64,000 bases of DNA from Pseudoflavonifractor capillosus (GTDB lineage: Bacteria; Bacillota; Clostridia; Oscillospirales; Oscillospiraceae), in the NCBI RefSeq assembly GCF_016899775.1, contig NZ_JACJJE010000007.1, forward strand, positions 23,256-87,255, given 5' to 3'. Below, one piece after another: positions 27,710 to 38,441 of this stretch. Position numbers and translations under genes: made by a program. The notes under the pieces were generated by a model that was not told where the DNA came from, did not search any database, and saw only the letters and a program-made list of their open reading frames with translations. How positions within the stretch are numbered: position 1 is the stretch's first letter; each line of letters starts with the position of its first letter.

Positions 27710-28290
27710 TTAAGTACCTCCAAAAGTCCGGCTGCAAAGGCTCTGTGCCCTTGCTCCGTAAAGTGGACACCGTCGTAAGCCAGGGGGATATCCCACTTCA
27801 CGGCGTCGGCAAAGCGGATGCCCAGCTGCTCCGCCAGGACTTGACAGAGCCGGGCAAAGGTGCGGGAATCGTTAATGAGCTGTTGGTCTGACACTCACGT
27901 GCCCCGTTTCACCGGCGGCGGGGCGATCACCAGGATCTTGCTTCGATCCAGGGGGATGCCAGAGAGGAACCGCTCCAACCGTTCAGCGGCCTGTTCCGGA
28001 CTTCTGCCCTGAAGCAGGTCGTTGGTCCCAAGCATGACGATCAGCAGATCCGTGTCTGCAGGGAAGGAGGGGGCAACAGTGGGGATCTCCCGGCCATTCT
28101 GCCCCATGTTGCAGACGGTCCAGCTGGTTTCCGCAGCCAAGATGTCCACCCACCGGCAGTCCACGTCATAGCGCCCGCCGAAATAGCCTCGGGGGTCATA
28201 TCCGTAGGTGTTGGAGTCACCGAAGCAGATGACATTCATTGTGTGTTTCCTCTTTTCTGCGTGATATCGGGGGAACTTTGATATATTCAC
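27706..28290 (-). pseudogene. SGNH/GDSL hydrolase interrupted by in-frame TGA
   Basis: GDSNTYG (block I) sits in ORF 27895..28290 and DGVHFTEQGH (DxxH) in ORF 27706..27894. The two are the same frame, separated only by TGA (VKRGT*VSDQQL). Confidence 0.45.
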
Positions 28291-31025
28291 TGACCTATGG
28301 AGAGCGTTGCCCTCAGCCCCTGCTCAATTCGTTCCTTTTCACCGCTCCCATCTGTCCGGAGTCGCAACAGCGGGATACCGCACAGTTCAAAAATGCGGTT
28401 TTTCTTTTCATCTCTGCCTGCCTGGGTGCTTCCTGTAGCATGGAATGCGGTGCCATCTACCTCTACCGCCAACAGAGGAGACTTGTCCATCCTGCGGAAC
28501 AAGAGAAAGTCCACATGGGTCAGGGGATTGCGGGCGTATGCGGTTTCCTCCTCTGTCAACATGGAGTAGTCTTTCACCAGATTGACCAACGACACATGGA
28601 CCGCACAGTCCACAAAAGAAAACTCTTCCTTCTGGAGAACATTCTGGATTACTGCATAGAGAAGATTTTCCGAGTCATATTCCGAAACTCGCCCATGCTT
28701 TTTCAGAAAGGCTCGTCGTTGCTCGGCATACCCCTGATAGAGCAAGTCAAAAACGGAGTAGACCGCACTCTCAATCACCGCACAGTTGTTGTACTCAATA
28801 TAGCGGGCCAGATCACCATAGTTAGTCCAATCGTTCCTTGGATCTTGGGAGGTAATGACAGCTAAAGACTTTACTGCCCGGGATACTGCTACATTCAGCA
28901 TTCTGGGGTCATCCACAAAGTCGGTAATAACATTATCCACCGAGGTGAGAATGATGGCGTCCTTCTCCCGGCCCTGGAACTTATGGACGGTGGCTACTTC
29001 CAGGTCCTTGCCCAGCTGTGTTTGGATTGCCGCCACCTGATCTCTGTATGGTGTAATGATCCCGATGCTCTCATACCCCTGTCTCGTCAGATTTGGGAGT
29101 ACCTCCTGCCGAATCACGTCGATCTGTCTTTGATTCAGGTGACCTCGGGCATGGTTGCCAGGCGCTGTCCGATACATGGTCAGGACATCCGGCTCTTCAT
29201 GGTCCTCTGTCATGACGATGAGCTTCCCACCGTAGAATTTCTGGTTGCAGAAATTGATGATTTTGGGATGGCAGCGATAGTGTTCCCGCAGGAGAACCGT
29301 GGGAGCCTCCGGCCATGTGGCAATGGCAGAGGAGAGCAGACTGTGGGCAGAGAAATGGTAGATCTCCGGGAGAGAATACCGCGACCAGACCGCCTCGCTG
29401 TCCTGGAAGTTTTTGCTGTCCAGCACATTGGGAAGCTGCTGGAGATCTCCCACAATGACGATGTTGCGAGCACAGGCAAAAGCCAGTACACCAGTGGCCA
29501 GGTCTACCTGGGATGCCTCGTCCACGATCAGGTAGTCATAAATATGTTCAAAGTTTAGTGTGCCTTTAATGGAGTAAGTCGTACTTAAGATCACTGGATA
29601 CTCCCGATTAAATTCCCTGGACTTTCCGCGAAAATCCCGTATCTCAAAGCGTCGACGTGGTTTTCGCCAATCGAATCTTTCGCTCAGTTCCGCCTGGAAC
29701 AACCGCAGAGACTTTTCCGTCAGTTCTGCCATCTTTTCGTCAAATGCATATTGCTCCAGCTTCTTCTCCAGTTGAGCCCGCTCTTCCGTCAATTCTTGTC
29801 GGCGCACCACATAGAATTGCCGCTGGAGGTACGGGATCACCAGTTCCGGCCTCTGGAGGAACACTTTCAGCGCACTGCGATTGAAGCGAAAGAGAATGGA
29901 TATCTTTTGGAGCAGACCCAATTTACTCTCCTGCTGGGCATGCTGCTCGTACTCTAACCAAAGGGATAAAATCTTTTGGGAGGAGAGACCCTTCACCGCA
30001 TCCTTTGGTGCCTGGGCATAGGTGTTGTAGTACTCACTAAAATAGTGTTGTTCCGGCGTCAGTTGGAGGAGTTCCTGTTCGATGGTGGCAATGCGGTTTT
30101 TCGCGTTGAGCATCTCACTGAGTTCTTTAGAGAGGACGGTCACCTCCTGATCCAGCTGTGACTTCTCCTCCTGCTCCAGAACCCAAGCCGACATATCTGG
30201 GTATTGTCCAGTCTGTGTCTCCAGAAAGTGCTCCTTATTGGCACGGCTCCCCAGAAAAGCAGTCAGGAAAGAGAGACCCTTCTTCTCCAATTTTTCCGCT
30301 ACATTCAAGGTGGCAGAGTTGTTGTTGGAGACAACAGCTACCGTCTGACCATTTCGAACCGCATTGGAGATGATATTCAGAATGGTCTGTGTTTTCCCGG
30401 TACCGGGAGGCCCCTGGATGATACTGACTTGGGAGGAAAGGGCGTTCTCCACCGCTGTTTTCTGGCTTTGGTTCAGACCAAAGGGGTAAATGACTGCCTC
30501 AGGGAGCACCTGCACGGTGGGCTTCTTCGAAGAATCCAGATAGCAGGACAACACGGTTGCATCGCTGACACTTTTGATCCGCTCATACTGGGTGCTCAGG
30601 ATGTTGAGGCCGCCTTCGGCTACCAGACTGACCTCCGCTGCTGTTTCTTTGAAGTATTCAAAAACGCCCGCCTGCTTCTGGTTCTTCAGGCAGTTTTTCT
30701 GGAGTTCCACTTGGCCTTTTGAGTATGTAAGGGCTTTTTTTCCTGTTCGGAGAAAACGGTAAAAGGGGCCAAAATCCAAAATCTCATCTACTTGCTGAAT
30801 GGTATCACCATCAACAATAATGATGAGATCTGAGGGATCGATCCGGCTTTGTACCTTCAGAAGCTGTACTTTTTCGGCACGGTAGTGATAGGCCTTTGGG
30901 GAATTGGCATAGATCACCTCGCACATGCTGTCCTGAAAGCGGAAGCTGGCGACGGAGTCGCTCTTATCCTGGCCATTGACCAGAAGCATATATTTTCTGC
31001 TATCCATCGCAAACCTCCTTCTCAC
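28287..31025 (-). CDS. SF1 (Upf1/DNA2-like, AAA_11/AAA_12) helicase with C-terminal DUF559/Vsr-like endonuclease-fold domain
   Basis: Walker A IIQGPPGTGKTQTI, then DYLIVDEASQ, then the C-terminal helicase core (ILTSVDN...VAVSRA), then a DUF559-like tail (LLAVEVDGTAFHATG...RDEKKNRIFELCGIPLLRLR). Confidence 0.7.
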   Translation of the reverse strand: MRRRFAMDSRKYMLLVNGQDKSDSVASFRFQDSMCEVIYANSPKAYHYRAEKVQLLKVQSRIDPSDLIIIVDGDTIQQVDEILDFGPFYRFLRTGKKALTYSKGQVELQKNCLKNQKQAGVFEYFKETAAEVSLVAEGGLNILSTQYERIKSVSDATVLSCYLDSSKKPTVQVLPEAVIYPFGLNQSQKTAVENALSSQVSIIQGPPGTGKTQTILNIISNAVRNGQTVAVVSNNNSATLNVAEKLEKKGLSFLTAFLGSRANKEHFLETQTGQYPDMSAWVLEQEEKSQLDQEVTVLSKELSEMLNAKNRIATIEQELLQLTPEQHYFSEYYNTYAQAPKDAVKGLSSQKILSLWLEYEQHAQQESKLGLLQKISILFRFNRSALKVFLQRPELVIPYLQRQFYVVRRQELTEERAQLEKKLEQYAFDEKMAELTEKSLRLFQAELSERFDWRKPRRRFEIRDFRGKSREFNREYPVILSTTYSIKGTLNFEHIYDYLIVDEASQVDLATGVLAFACARNIVIVGDLQQLPNVLDSKNFQDSEAVWSRYSLPEIYHFSAHSLLSSAIATWPEAPTVLLREHYRCHPKIINFCNQKFYGGKLIVMTEDHEEPDVLTMYRTAPGNHARGHLNQRQIDVIRQEVLPNLTRQGYESIGIITPYRDQVAAIQTQLGKDLEVATVHKFQGREKDAIILTSVDNVITDFVDDPRMLNVAVSRAVKSLAVITSQDPRNDWTNYGDLARYIEYNNCAVIESAVYSVFDLLYQGYAEQRRAFLKKHGRVSEYDSENLLYAVIQNVLQKEEFSFVDCAVHVSLVNLVKDYSMLTEEETAYARNPLTHVDFLLFRRMDKSPLLAVEVDGTAFHATGSTQAGRDEKKNRIFELCGIPLLRLRTDGSGEKERIEQGLRATLSIGQ

Positions 31026-31061
31026 GTTTTGCCGATTTCTGCTTGTGATTGGCCGTAGTTA

Positions 31062-32372
31062 CTATTTTGAAGGCTGGAGTGTTGTATCCAGCAGTTGTTT
31101 TACCGCTTCGGCCATAGCAAGTGGAGAATCTAAAAGCAATGTCTGTACTCTGACCAGACTCCCACTGGGAGAAGAATAGTAGATAGGATTTTTCTGATCT
31201 GCCATTGCATCACAATTCGGATAAAGCAATACCGTCTGTTTTGCATTATATTCCTTCTGGTATGCGTACATCTGGTACATATCGGCCTGTGAGATTCCAT
31301 AATTGTGCCACTGGGGAGATAGAAGTTTCCACTTGGTATCTAATACGGTCTGCTCTCCGCTATTCAAATCTTCAATCACCAAGTCTGGCCGTAGGGCAAA
31401 CTGTTTTTGTGGTAGTTCAAAGAGATATTTGCCTTTTGCCTGAACATGAACTCGATATTGCTTGGAATCCAAATGCTGTCGTAAGACTGCCGCCACATAG
31501 CTTTCAAATACGAGCTCCATGGGAAAGAGAAGTGCCAGTGCGGCTTCTCCACCAGAGAAAGCAGTAAAACTCTTTCCCTGCAAAAATACCCGGCACAGCT
31601 CCAGAAGTCGCTGGTAATCTGCCATGGAGCGGGATTGCCCACAGCGCTGAAAATCCTGCTCCACATTTTTGGACACCGGAACTTGTTCCATGACGGATAA
31701 CACAATCCGCAGATCCTTACGGTTTTGCAAATCCGTGGTGTGTCGCTGCAAGTAGAGCGCTGTAGACTTGACCAGGCGGTTTTCCGGGCAGTCCACGCTG
31801 AACACATCGTACTCTATGAAGATTCGCTCCCGGTGCAGCAGATTTTTTCGAATATGTTCCGAGAATATGATTTTTCCACGGACACAAGATTCATTGTCCT
31901 GCGTTACCGTATAATCCGATTTTAAGCCGCGTTGAATCAGCCGGTGTGCCTCATCCAGAAACATACGCACAAACAGGTCCAACAAGCGCATGCGGGAAGT
32001 ATTCAGGTGAGCAGTACGAAATTTCTTGAACGGAGCCTCTTGGACCGTTCGCAGCATGGTGAGAAACACTTTGCGGACGGCCTGGTCACTGTTATCCCCC
32101 GCCAGCGTCAGTTTGGGTAGGATCTCAATCTCTGTTCCGTCTCTGGTGGTGATTACTCCTACATAATTTTTGGCGGTAATCACCTTACCTATGCCAGGCC
32201 TTGCGCTCAGACTCATCAACTCCAGCGGCTGGGCACTGGAGCTTTCATACCGGTTGGAGAGAATAAACTGCTCTAGCTGATCAAAGGCATGTTCCGGCAG
32301 AGAGATCATACCTGCCCGCGGTGGTCCATTCCGGGTAAACCCCATGTATTCCTGAATGGTATATTGTCTCAA
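31062..32372 (-). CDS. mcrC: McrC-like nuclease subunit of McrBC-type modification-dependent restriction system
   Basis: 436 aa immediately downstream of the McrB-like GTPase. PD-(D/E)xK-like motif PDLVIED...VLDTKWK. Confidence 0.6.
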   Translation of the reverse strand: MRQYTIQEYMGFTRNGPPRAGMISLPEHAFDQLEQFILSNRYESSSAQPLELMSLSARPGIGKVITAKNYVGVITTRDGTEIEILPKLTLAGDNSDQAVRKVFLTMLRTVQEAPFKKFRTAHLNTSRMRLLDLFVRMFLDEAHRLIQRGLKSDYTVTQDNESCVRGKIIFSEHIRKNLLHRERIFIEYDVFSVDCPENRLVKSTALYLQRHTTDLQNRKDLRIVLSVMEQVPVSKNVEQDFQRCGQSRSMADYQRLLELCRVFLQGKSFTAFSGGEAALALLFPMELVFESYVAAVLRQHLDSKQYRVHVQAKGKYLFELPQKQFALRPDLVIEDLNSGEQTVLDTKWKLLSPQWHNYGISQADMYQMYAYQKEYNAKQTVLLYPNCDAMADQKNPIYYSSPSGSLVRVQTLLLDSPLAMAEAVKQLLDTTLQPSK

Positions 32373-32402
32373 TGGAGCTCACCTCCCAACGGAATACAGC
32401 TG

Positions 32403-35400
32403 TCAGAGATTTCGGTATACTTCTGCATCAAAGAAAGCAGCTGGATTAAGGTGGTATGTGGGGTTTACTTCAAATTCAGGTTCCACACCGAACAAACTCT
32501 GCAAATCAGCGGTTTCAACCTTGAAAAATTGTTGCTGCTCCGGACGCTTTCTATCACCAAGGACCAGACAGATCTTCTCATAGTCATCATAGAAGTACTC
32601 CTGAAGAAGCGGAATCACTTTATCTCGGAAGATCTCACCTAAGGCCTGAATGGACGGAGATTGGCGCAGGGGGGTAAAGAAGGCATGCCCCAGCGTATGC
32701 TCCCGATCAAACAGCACCTCGATTCGGTGGTTCAATGTCGTAAGCAGCCCACTGATAGAAATGCCTTCGACTTCTACGCCATCCAAGACGCTGCTATCCG
32801 GCATCATTTCCACAAAACTGAACCGGCGCCGAAGGGCAGTATCCAACATAGCGATGGAACGGTCCGCCGTATTCATGGTGCCCAGCAGATAGACATTGTC
32901 TGGGATTCCAAATGCTTCGTGAGAATAAGGTAACTTGGCTTGTAATTCTTCACTTTGCCCCAGACGCTTGGACGGCTCAATCAAAGTGATGAGTTCACCA
33001 AAAATCTTCGAGATATTGCCGCGATTAATTTCGTCAATGATAAATACGTAGGGACCTTTGATGCCTTTTGCTAGCGCTACACCTGAAAAACCGTTTTTGT
33101 TCAAAACGTCTATCACATTTGTAACCGTCGTGTTGAGTCGGTAAACCGTAGACAATGTCAAACTTTTTTCGAGGCGAAAGTCTGTAATTGGAATGCTTTT
33201 CTTTTGAATCAGCCATTTAACAGTGCGCAGCCGTTTATAGTGTTCGAACTCTGGATGCCATTCGGGCTCTCCAGTTACAACACCGATAGCATCAATGGAG
33301 TGCGCAGTATAGCAGGAAAGAATAATATCTCCTGGCTGCATTCTGGACAAGAATGCGTTAAGTACGGTTTTACCACCCACATGGTAGTCCATGTCATCCG
33401 TGATGGTTTCCCCGTATTCATCCCATCCAATCCGAATACAGCCATGCTTCATACAGTAATCTCGAATCGAATTATCTCCTGTGCTTGCAAGAGACACCTT
33501 CCAGATCGTTGGGACCTCTGAGAAACCGTAGGGGTTTTGATTGGGGTCTACTGCGGGGGGCTGTGCTGTTGCGCAGAATTTTTTAAATACACCATCGGCA
33601 ATCTCATAGGAAATGTCTCCGGAGTTCTCTTCTTTGTCCTCTGCAAAAACTGGGCGAATGCCTTCAATAAAGTCCTCGTAGCCGAAAGACTGATGGAAAG
33701 TTGTAAACTCGATCCGCCCATCCTGCCGGTACTGCCGGTACCGCTTCAGAACCTCTTCGTGGTTTTCTATCTGGACCTCTTCCAGTGATTTTCCCTCTAT
33801 GATCGCCACGGCATAATTGACCGTCTGGTAGGTCTTTCCTGTTCCTGGAGGACCATAGAGGATCGTATTCTTTGCAAAAGACATGGGGTTGTTCACCTCT
33901 TTCTGCGGCAGGAGTTTCAGTGCTTCTGCCAATTCATCACGGAGCTTCCAGGAGTATGTGCCGGGTTGATCCTGGAGGGCGGTGCGGCCTACAAATAGGA
34001 TGGGCCACCATTTCTGATCATTGTTTTCATTCTGAACCAGCGGACAGCCTGTTTTTTCCTGTACTCTTCGGGCAAGCTGAACCATACTGCCGTTATAGTG
34101 GGCAGAAGTATCCCCTAATTTTAGACTCAGTTGTTTACAGGTTGCCTCTCCGCCTACCTGTTGGATGGCTTTCAGAATTTGTAAATTTTCCGCTGTACAG
34201 ATTGTTCTATCTACAAGAAGTTCTAACCACTGCTCTGTACTAATCTCCGGGTCATACTCTGCCAAGGAGGGCCAATAATCGCTTTTATACAGCTGGCTTC
34301 CAAAGTAGATAATGTCATCGGCTAACAGGTGATGTTCAGCATCTGGGTAATATTCACTCCCGAACTCCGCTCGCTTTGTTTCGAACATGTTCAGCAGCTC
34401 GCTGTCCTGTTGAACACAGGCAAGGACTTTGCTTGCAACCTCATGATAGGTGAGTACATTCTGGATATCTCCCATTTTGTAAGTGGCACTCAAGCCAGTC
34501 TCCGCCAGAAATGCCTTGAGCTTACCGTATTGATAGAGAAAATGTTGGTTCGGTCGTGCAAAGAACAGATAGGTACAGATGGTACGGTCACCTTGATAAT
34601 GTTGTTTCATACTTTCTTTCAACTGATATCTGGATAACAGAGCATCTGCGTTTTGCTTAAAGTTTTGGATTTGCTCAATCACGTCTGCTTCGGGATCCAG
34701 AAGTTTCTGAAACATGAATCGAACTGTATCGGGCTCCTGTTCCGCAAAAAATGTGATCATCTTGCGGGGGAAGGAGTAATTGGTGTCCATCAAATTGCTT
34801 GCCTGTGCCAAGGCTTCCTTCAGCATTTCTGCAAAATCCGCTCTCTTTGGTACCCAATGCTCCTGGAAGCATTGGACGGCACGCCACTTATATATCTCCT
34901 GTGGGATCCAAGTTGCAAAGGACTCTTTGTATTGGCTTATAATCCGACGGATGGGATCAGAGGACAACTCCCATGCCGCCATATCCAAAATTCGATAATT
35001 TTTGAATGAGAAATTAGTATCCCGGAAGGCCTTGATTTTTCTGCAGTTATCTACATAAGTTTCCAATTTGCCCCGGGATTTCAGTTCGATCCCCAGTGCT
35101 GCAAAAATATCCTCGCTACCCACATTGCTGTTAATGACGGGGAAGGTAAGCGGTTTTAAGCAATGAAGTACAACAGAGGCAGAGGCAGCCTGCATCCCAT
35201 GAAAAGACTTTGTGAGCACCAATGCGGCACGCCGGAACATATCCTCATCGACCGTCATATCCAGAAGATCTATGCACATCTTGATAAAGGCGCGCACCGA
35301 TTTCGGATCTGTTTTATTTTGAAATGAGTAAAACCCGGTGCCGAACATCCCAATATGACCTGTGCTGTCAACGGCTTTTTCCTGGTTTTTGTATGCACCA

Positions 35401-35684
35401 GCCTCCGCTCGGCTTCTCAGGTCATCAATCAGGTGATCCAATTCTTGCTTGCGTACCTCGGGCAGATGTGTTGCGTGGACTGCTTCGTGTTTTTTGTCAT
35501 AGCTGTGCCGCCATGTTCCAATGCACATGAGATAAATGGCATTCAAATCATGGTAGTCCAGCACGGCCTCATCTACATCACGATAGGCGGAAACAATCGT
35601 ACGCACCAGTTCATAGCTGCCATCATGCTCACCAGGTGACAGCTCTGACGCATGTTTGAGTTTATTTAATATCTCTTGATTCAT
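32403..35684 (-). CDS. mcrB: McrB-like AAA+ GTPase (1093 aa) with long N-terminal region and EVE/PUA-like domain inserted between Walker A and Walker B
   Basis: ILYGPPGTGKTY (Walker A), then IWKVSL...IRIGW...GDIILSCYTAHSIDAIGVV (PUA/EVE-like), then FIIDEINRGNISKIFGELITLIE (McrB signature) and arginine finger RRRFSF. Confidence 0.65.
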   Translation of the reverse strand: MNQEILNKLKHASELSPGEHDGSYELVRTIVSAYRDVDEAVLDYHDLNAIYLMCIGTWRHSYDKKHEAVHATHLPEVRKQELDHLIDDLRSRAEAGAYKNQEKAVDSTGHIGMFGTGFYSFQNKTDPKSVRAFIKMCIDLLDMTVDEDMFRRAALVLTKSFHGMQAASASVVLHCLKPLTFPVINSNVGSEDIFAALGIELKSRGKLETYVDNCRKIKAFRDTNFSFKNYRILDMAAWELSSDPIRRIISQYKESFATWIPQEIYKWRAVQCFQEHWVPKRADFAEMLKEALAQASNLMDTNYSFPRKMITFFAEQEPDTVRFMFQKLLDPEADVIEQIQNFKQNADALLSRYQLKESMKQHYQGDRTICTYLFFARPNQHFLYQYGKLKAFLAETGLSATYKMGDIQNVLTYHEVASKVLACVQQDSELLNMFETKRAEFGSEYYPDAEHHLLADDIIYFGSQLYKSDYWPSLAEYDPEISTEQWLELLVDRTICTAENLQILKAIQQVGGEATCKQLSLKLGDTSAHYNGSMVQLARRVQEKTGCPLVQNENNDQKWWPILFVGRTALQDQPGTYSWKLRDELAEALKLLPQKEVNNPMSFAKNTILYGPPGTGKTYQTVNYAVAIIEGKSLEEVQIENHEEVLKRYRQYRQDGRIEFTTFHQSFGYEDFIEGIRPVFAEDKEENSGDISYEIADGVFKKFCATAQPPAVDPNQNPYGFSEVPTIWKVSLASTGDNSIRDYCMKHGCIRIGWDEYGETITDDMDYHVGGKTVLNAFLSRMQPGDIILSCYTAHSIDAIGVVTGEPEWHPEFEHYKRLRTVKWLIQKKSIPITDFRLEKSLTLSTVYRLNTTVTNVIDVLNKNGFSGVALAKGIKGPYVFIIDEINRGNISKIFGELITLIEPSKRLGQSEELQAKLPYSHEAFGIPDNVYLLGTMNTADRSIAMLDTALRRRFSFVEMMPDSSVLDGVEVEGISISGLLTTLNHRIEVLFDREHTLGHAFFTPLRQSPSIQALGEIFRDKVIPLLQEYFYDDYEKICLVLGDRKRPEQQQFFKVETADLQSLFGVEPEFEVNPTYHLNPAAFFDAEVYRNL

Positions 35685-37981
35685 TTGATGGCGCCCTCCG
35701 TTTGTGTGGCCTGGAATCGGCTGTAATACTGCTCCAGCTTTTCATCGCAGATCCGCTCGATCTCCTGCTTTTCATCCCGGGTCAGTTTCTTCCAGACGGA
35801 CTCGTCCACCTGGATCACGCCCAGGCTCTTGGTATGGTGGAGCATCTGCATATCCTCAAACCGTTTGAAGGGGTTGGACAGGATATTCCGCTGGTCCTGG
35901 GCATCTGTATAGCCGCCCTTGGCGTAAATGCTGTTGGCCTTTTCCACCACCAGCCCAGCCGCCCGGCGGGATTCGTAGAACTCCCGGAAGTAGGTGACAA
36001 TGTCGCTGAGCTTCACTCGGCCTTTGTCGTCTGCAAACTGGAGCACTGCCTTCAACAGTACCGGTTTGTAGGAATAGCTCATATCCATCTGCCGCACCAT
36101 ATCCAGAAACAGATCTTTGCGGTTGGAGTCGTCGATCAATGTCCAACCATACTGCTGGGCATACTTCTGGAGCGTCTCCTCTTTGAAGTATTTGAAGATC
36201 CGGTGCTCACTCATGGGCACCACCAGATCCGGTACCAGCAGGCCATCCCGGACATACCGTTCAATGGTCTCCGTCTGCACATCCACCCGCCGGACAAACT
36301 CCATCTGGGAGATCATACCGGCGGCCTCCTCCTGCCAGTTGAAGATGTCTACCAGCTCATAGTCCAAGGCATCCACTGGCCAGTCAATGAGGGCATCCGG
36401 GCGTTCTCCCTTTTCATAAAGCCCCTGCTCGGCGGTTTTCTGCCGTTTGGTGCCCAGCACCAGGGCGCCGGGCTTGTACTCCTTTAGCCGGAACAGTCGG
36501 TGCATAGAGTAGGGCATGTTGTACTGACTGGCGTTGTCTACGAAATCAAACACCATCAGGCTCTCCTTGCCGGGAGACAACCGCATGCCGCGGCCCAGCT
36601 GCTGGGTATAGAGCACCTTGGACATGGTGGGCCGGGCCATGAACAGAACTTCCGTGGCCGGGCAGTCCCAGCCCTCGTTGAGTAGGTCGCAGGCGCACAG
36701 CACCTTGACCTCGCCCTTCTCAAAGCGGGCCAATATCTCCCTGCGGTCGCTGGCCTTGATCTCTCCGGACACCGCCTCGGCTACCACACCGGCATCATGA
36801 AGCCGCCCGGCGATCTCTTGGGCGTGTTTGACGGAGGCGCAGAAGATAACGGTCCGCTTGTCCCTCACATACTGGAGCCAAGTGTCCACAATGAGCTGAT
36901 TGCGCTCCGGCACATAGATCTTGCTCTCCAGATCCCGGATGTTGTACTGGACACTGTTGAACCGTACCTTGGTCAAGTCGATGTTGGTGTGGATGCGGAT
37001 GCACCGCACCGGAACCAGCTCGCCGATCTCCACGGCGGTCTGGATATCCAGCTTGTGGGCGGTGTTCTTGAAGATGTCCAGGATGTTCTTGTCGTCGGCC
37101 CGCTCCGGTGTAGCGGTCAGGCCCAGGGTAAATTCCGGCGTGAAGTAGGACAGAACCTTCTGATATGTATCGGCGGAGGCGTGGTGGGCCTCATCCACGA
37201 TAATGTAGCCGAAGTCATCCGGCGTGAACCGCTCCAGATTCAATGCCACGCTCTGGATGCTGCCGCAGACCACATAAGCTTCCTTCTCTTTGCGGCTCTC
37301 AACATAACTGCCTACAGCGACCTCCGGCCACAGTTCCCGGAAGGTCTTGGAGGCCTGATCTACCAGTTCCACCGTGTGGGCCAGGAACAGCGTACGCTTT
37401 CCAAACCGCTTGGCGTCCATGACGGCGGTCACCGTCTTGCCGGTGCCGGTGGCGTGGTAGAGAAGGGCGATGGTTTCGAAGTTGCAGCGCATCTCTTCCA
37501 GGGCTGTCAGTGCCTGCTTCTGGTGTTCCTTTAGTTCCAGCTTGGAGCCGTCCAGAGACTTGCCCCGCTGGGTGGGGAGATAGTCTTCGATTTCCCTGAA
37601 ACTGGGGTGCTGTCCCAAGAATACCCGAAGTTCGTCCTTGACGGTCTCTGGCTGCTGCTGCATCTGCCGCACCGCCCAGCGGTACACGTCCCAGCCCAGG
37701 TAGATCATGCTGTTCTGCTTGAGCAGGTCGTCGTAAAATTTGTTTTGGGATACCAGCTTGGGGTTGTGGGACGCCTCATCATCGATCTCAATGGCCACCT
37801 TCCGCCCGCCGTTTTCGATCAGAAAGTCAGCAAACCGGCTGTTCTGGTAGATGTCGGAGAAAGGGTACTGGGAATAGAGATAGCCGGCTTTCTCAGCGCC
37901 AAAAGTGTCGGAGAATAGTTCGATGAACAAATCCTCAGCACTGCTGCCGGAGGCGGAGCGGTAGGTAGGCATGGAGGTCAC
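35681..37981 (-). CDS. REase-fold (DUF559-like) nuclease + SF2 helicase (ResIII/Helicase_C) + C-terminal DUF3427-like domain protein
   Basis: N-terminal VAIEIDDEASH...YLGWDVYRW; helicase motifs HATGTGKT, IVDEAHH, TATP. The ~230-aa C-terminal tail is similar to the tail of the 39129..42284 protein. Confidence 0.6.
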   Translation of the reverse strand: MTSMPTYRSASGSSAEDLFIELFSDTFGAEKAGYLYSQYPFSDIYQNSRFADFLIENGGRKVAIEIDDEASHNPKLVSQNKFYDDLLKQNSMIYLGWDVYRWAVRQMQQQPETVKDELRVFLGQHPSFREIEDYLPTQRGKSLDGSKLELKEHQKQALTALEEMRCNFETIALLYHATGTGKTVTAVMDAKRFGKRTLFLAHTVELVDQASKTFRELWPEVAVGSYVESRKEKEAYVVCGSIQSVALNLERFTPDDFGYIIVDEAHHASADTYQKVLSYFTPEFTLGLTATPERADDKNILDIFKNTAHKLDIQTAVEIGELVPVRCIRIHTNIDLTKVRFNSVQYNIRDLESKIYVPERNQLIVDTWLQYVRDKRTVIFCASVKHAQEIAGRLHDAGVVAEAVSGEIKASDRREILARFEKGEVKVLCACDLLNEGWDCPATEVLFMARPTMSKVLYTQQLGRGMRLSPGKESLMVFDFVDNASQYNMPYSMHRLFRLKEYKPGALVLGTKRQKTAEQGLYEKGERPDALIDWPVDALDYELVDIFNWQEEAAGMISQMEFVRRVDVQTETIERYVRDGLLVPDLVVPMSEHRIFKYFKEETLQKYAQQYGWTLIDDSNRKDLFLDMVRQMDMSYSYKPVLLKAVLQFADDKGRVKLSDIVTYFREFYESRRAAGLVVEKANSIYAKGGYTDAQDQRNILSNPFKRFEDMQMLHHTKSLGVIQVDESVWKKLTRDEKQEIERICDEKLEQYYSRFQATQTEGAIK

Positions 37982-37982
37982 C

Positions 37983-38441
37983 TCACATTATTTGCTTTAG
38001 TCGTTCAGATTGCGGGACTCTTGGTTGAAGTTGCCGCAGTTTTGCCAGAGAAATAGGGCGCTGACCATTTTTCTGCATTTTCCCGCAATGCTCCCAGGCC
38101 AGTTTGCCGGGCCCGTTGTACTCCTCGGAAAAAGTGCCGTCTTTATGTATCTTCAGCACGAGCAGCCATTCCGGCTCACTGGAAATAGCAATACGATTAA
38201 TTTGTGTTGCTTTGATCTGAACCAGGCGTCCATCGGGGGCTTGTCCATCATGTGTTTTCTCCGATGCTTCGAATAGCTTTAGCCCATAGCAACAGGCTGC
38301 CAAAGCTTCACCAATACTCCCAATCATGTGGCCGTCTGGCGTATAGTGCCTTCCAGGAAACAGGCTTTCCAGTTCCTGAGATATGCTGTAAAGTATTTTT
38401 ATCTTTTCTGCAACTAAATCCTGTATCGCTGAACCGCTCAT
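37983..38441 (-). CDS. hypothetical protein (152 aa) within defense operon
   Basis: Overlaps both neighbours by 1-4 nt, so likely translationally coupled. No confident family. Confidence 0.4.
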   Translation of the reverse strand: MSGSAIQDLVAEKIKILYSISQELESLFPGRHYTPDGHMIGSIGEALAACCYGLKLFEASEKTHDGQAPDGRLVQIKATQINRIAISSEPEWLLVLKIHKDGTFSEEYNGPGKLAWEHCGKMQKNGQRPISLAKLRQLQPRVPQSERLKQIM

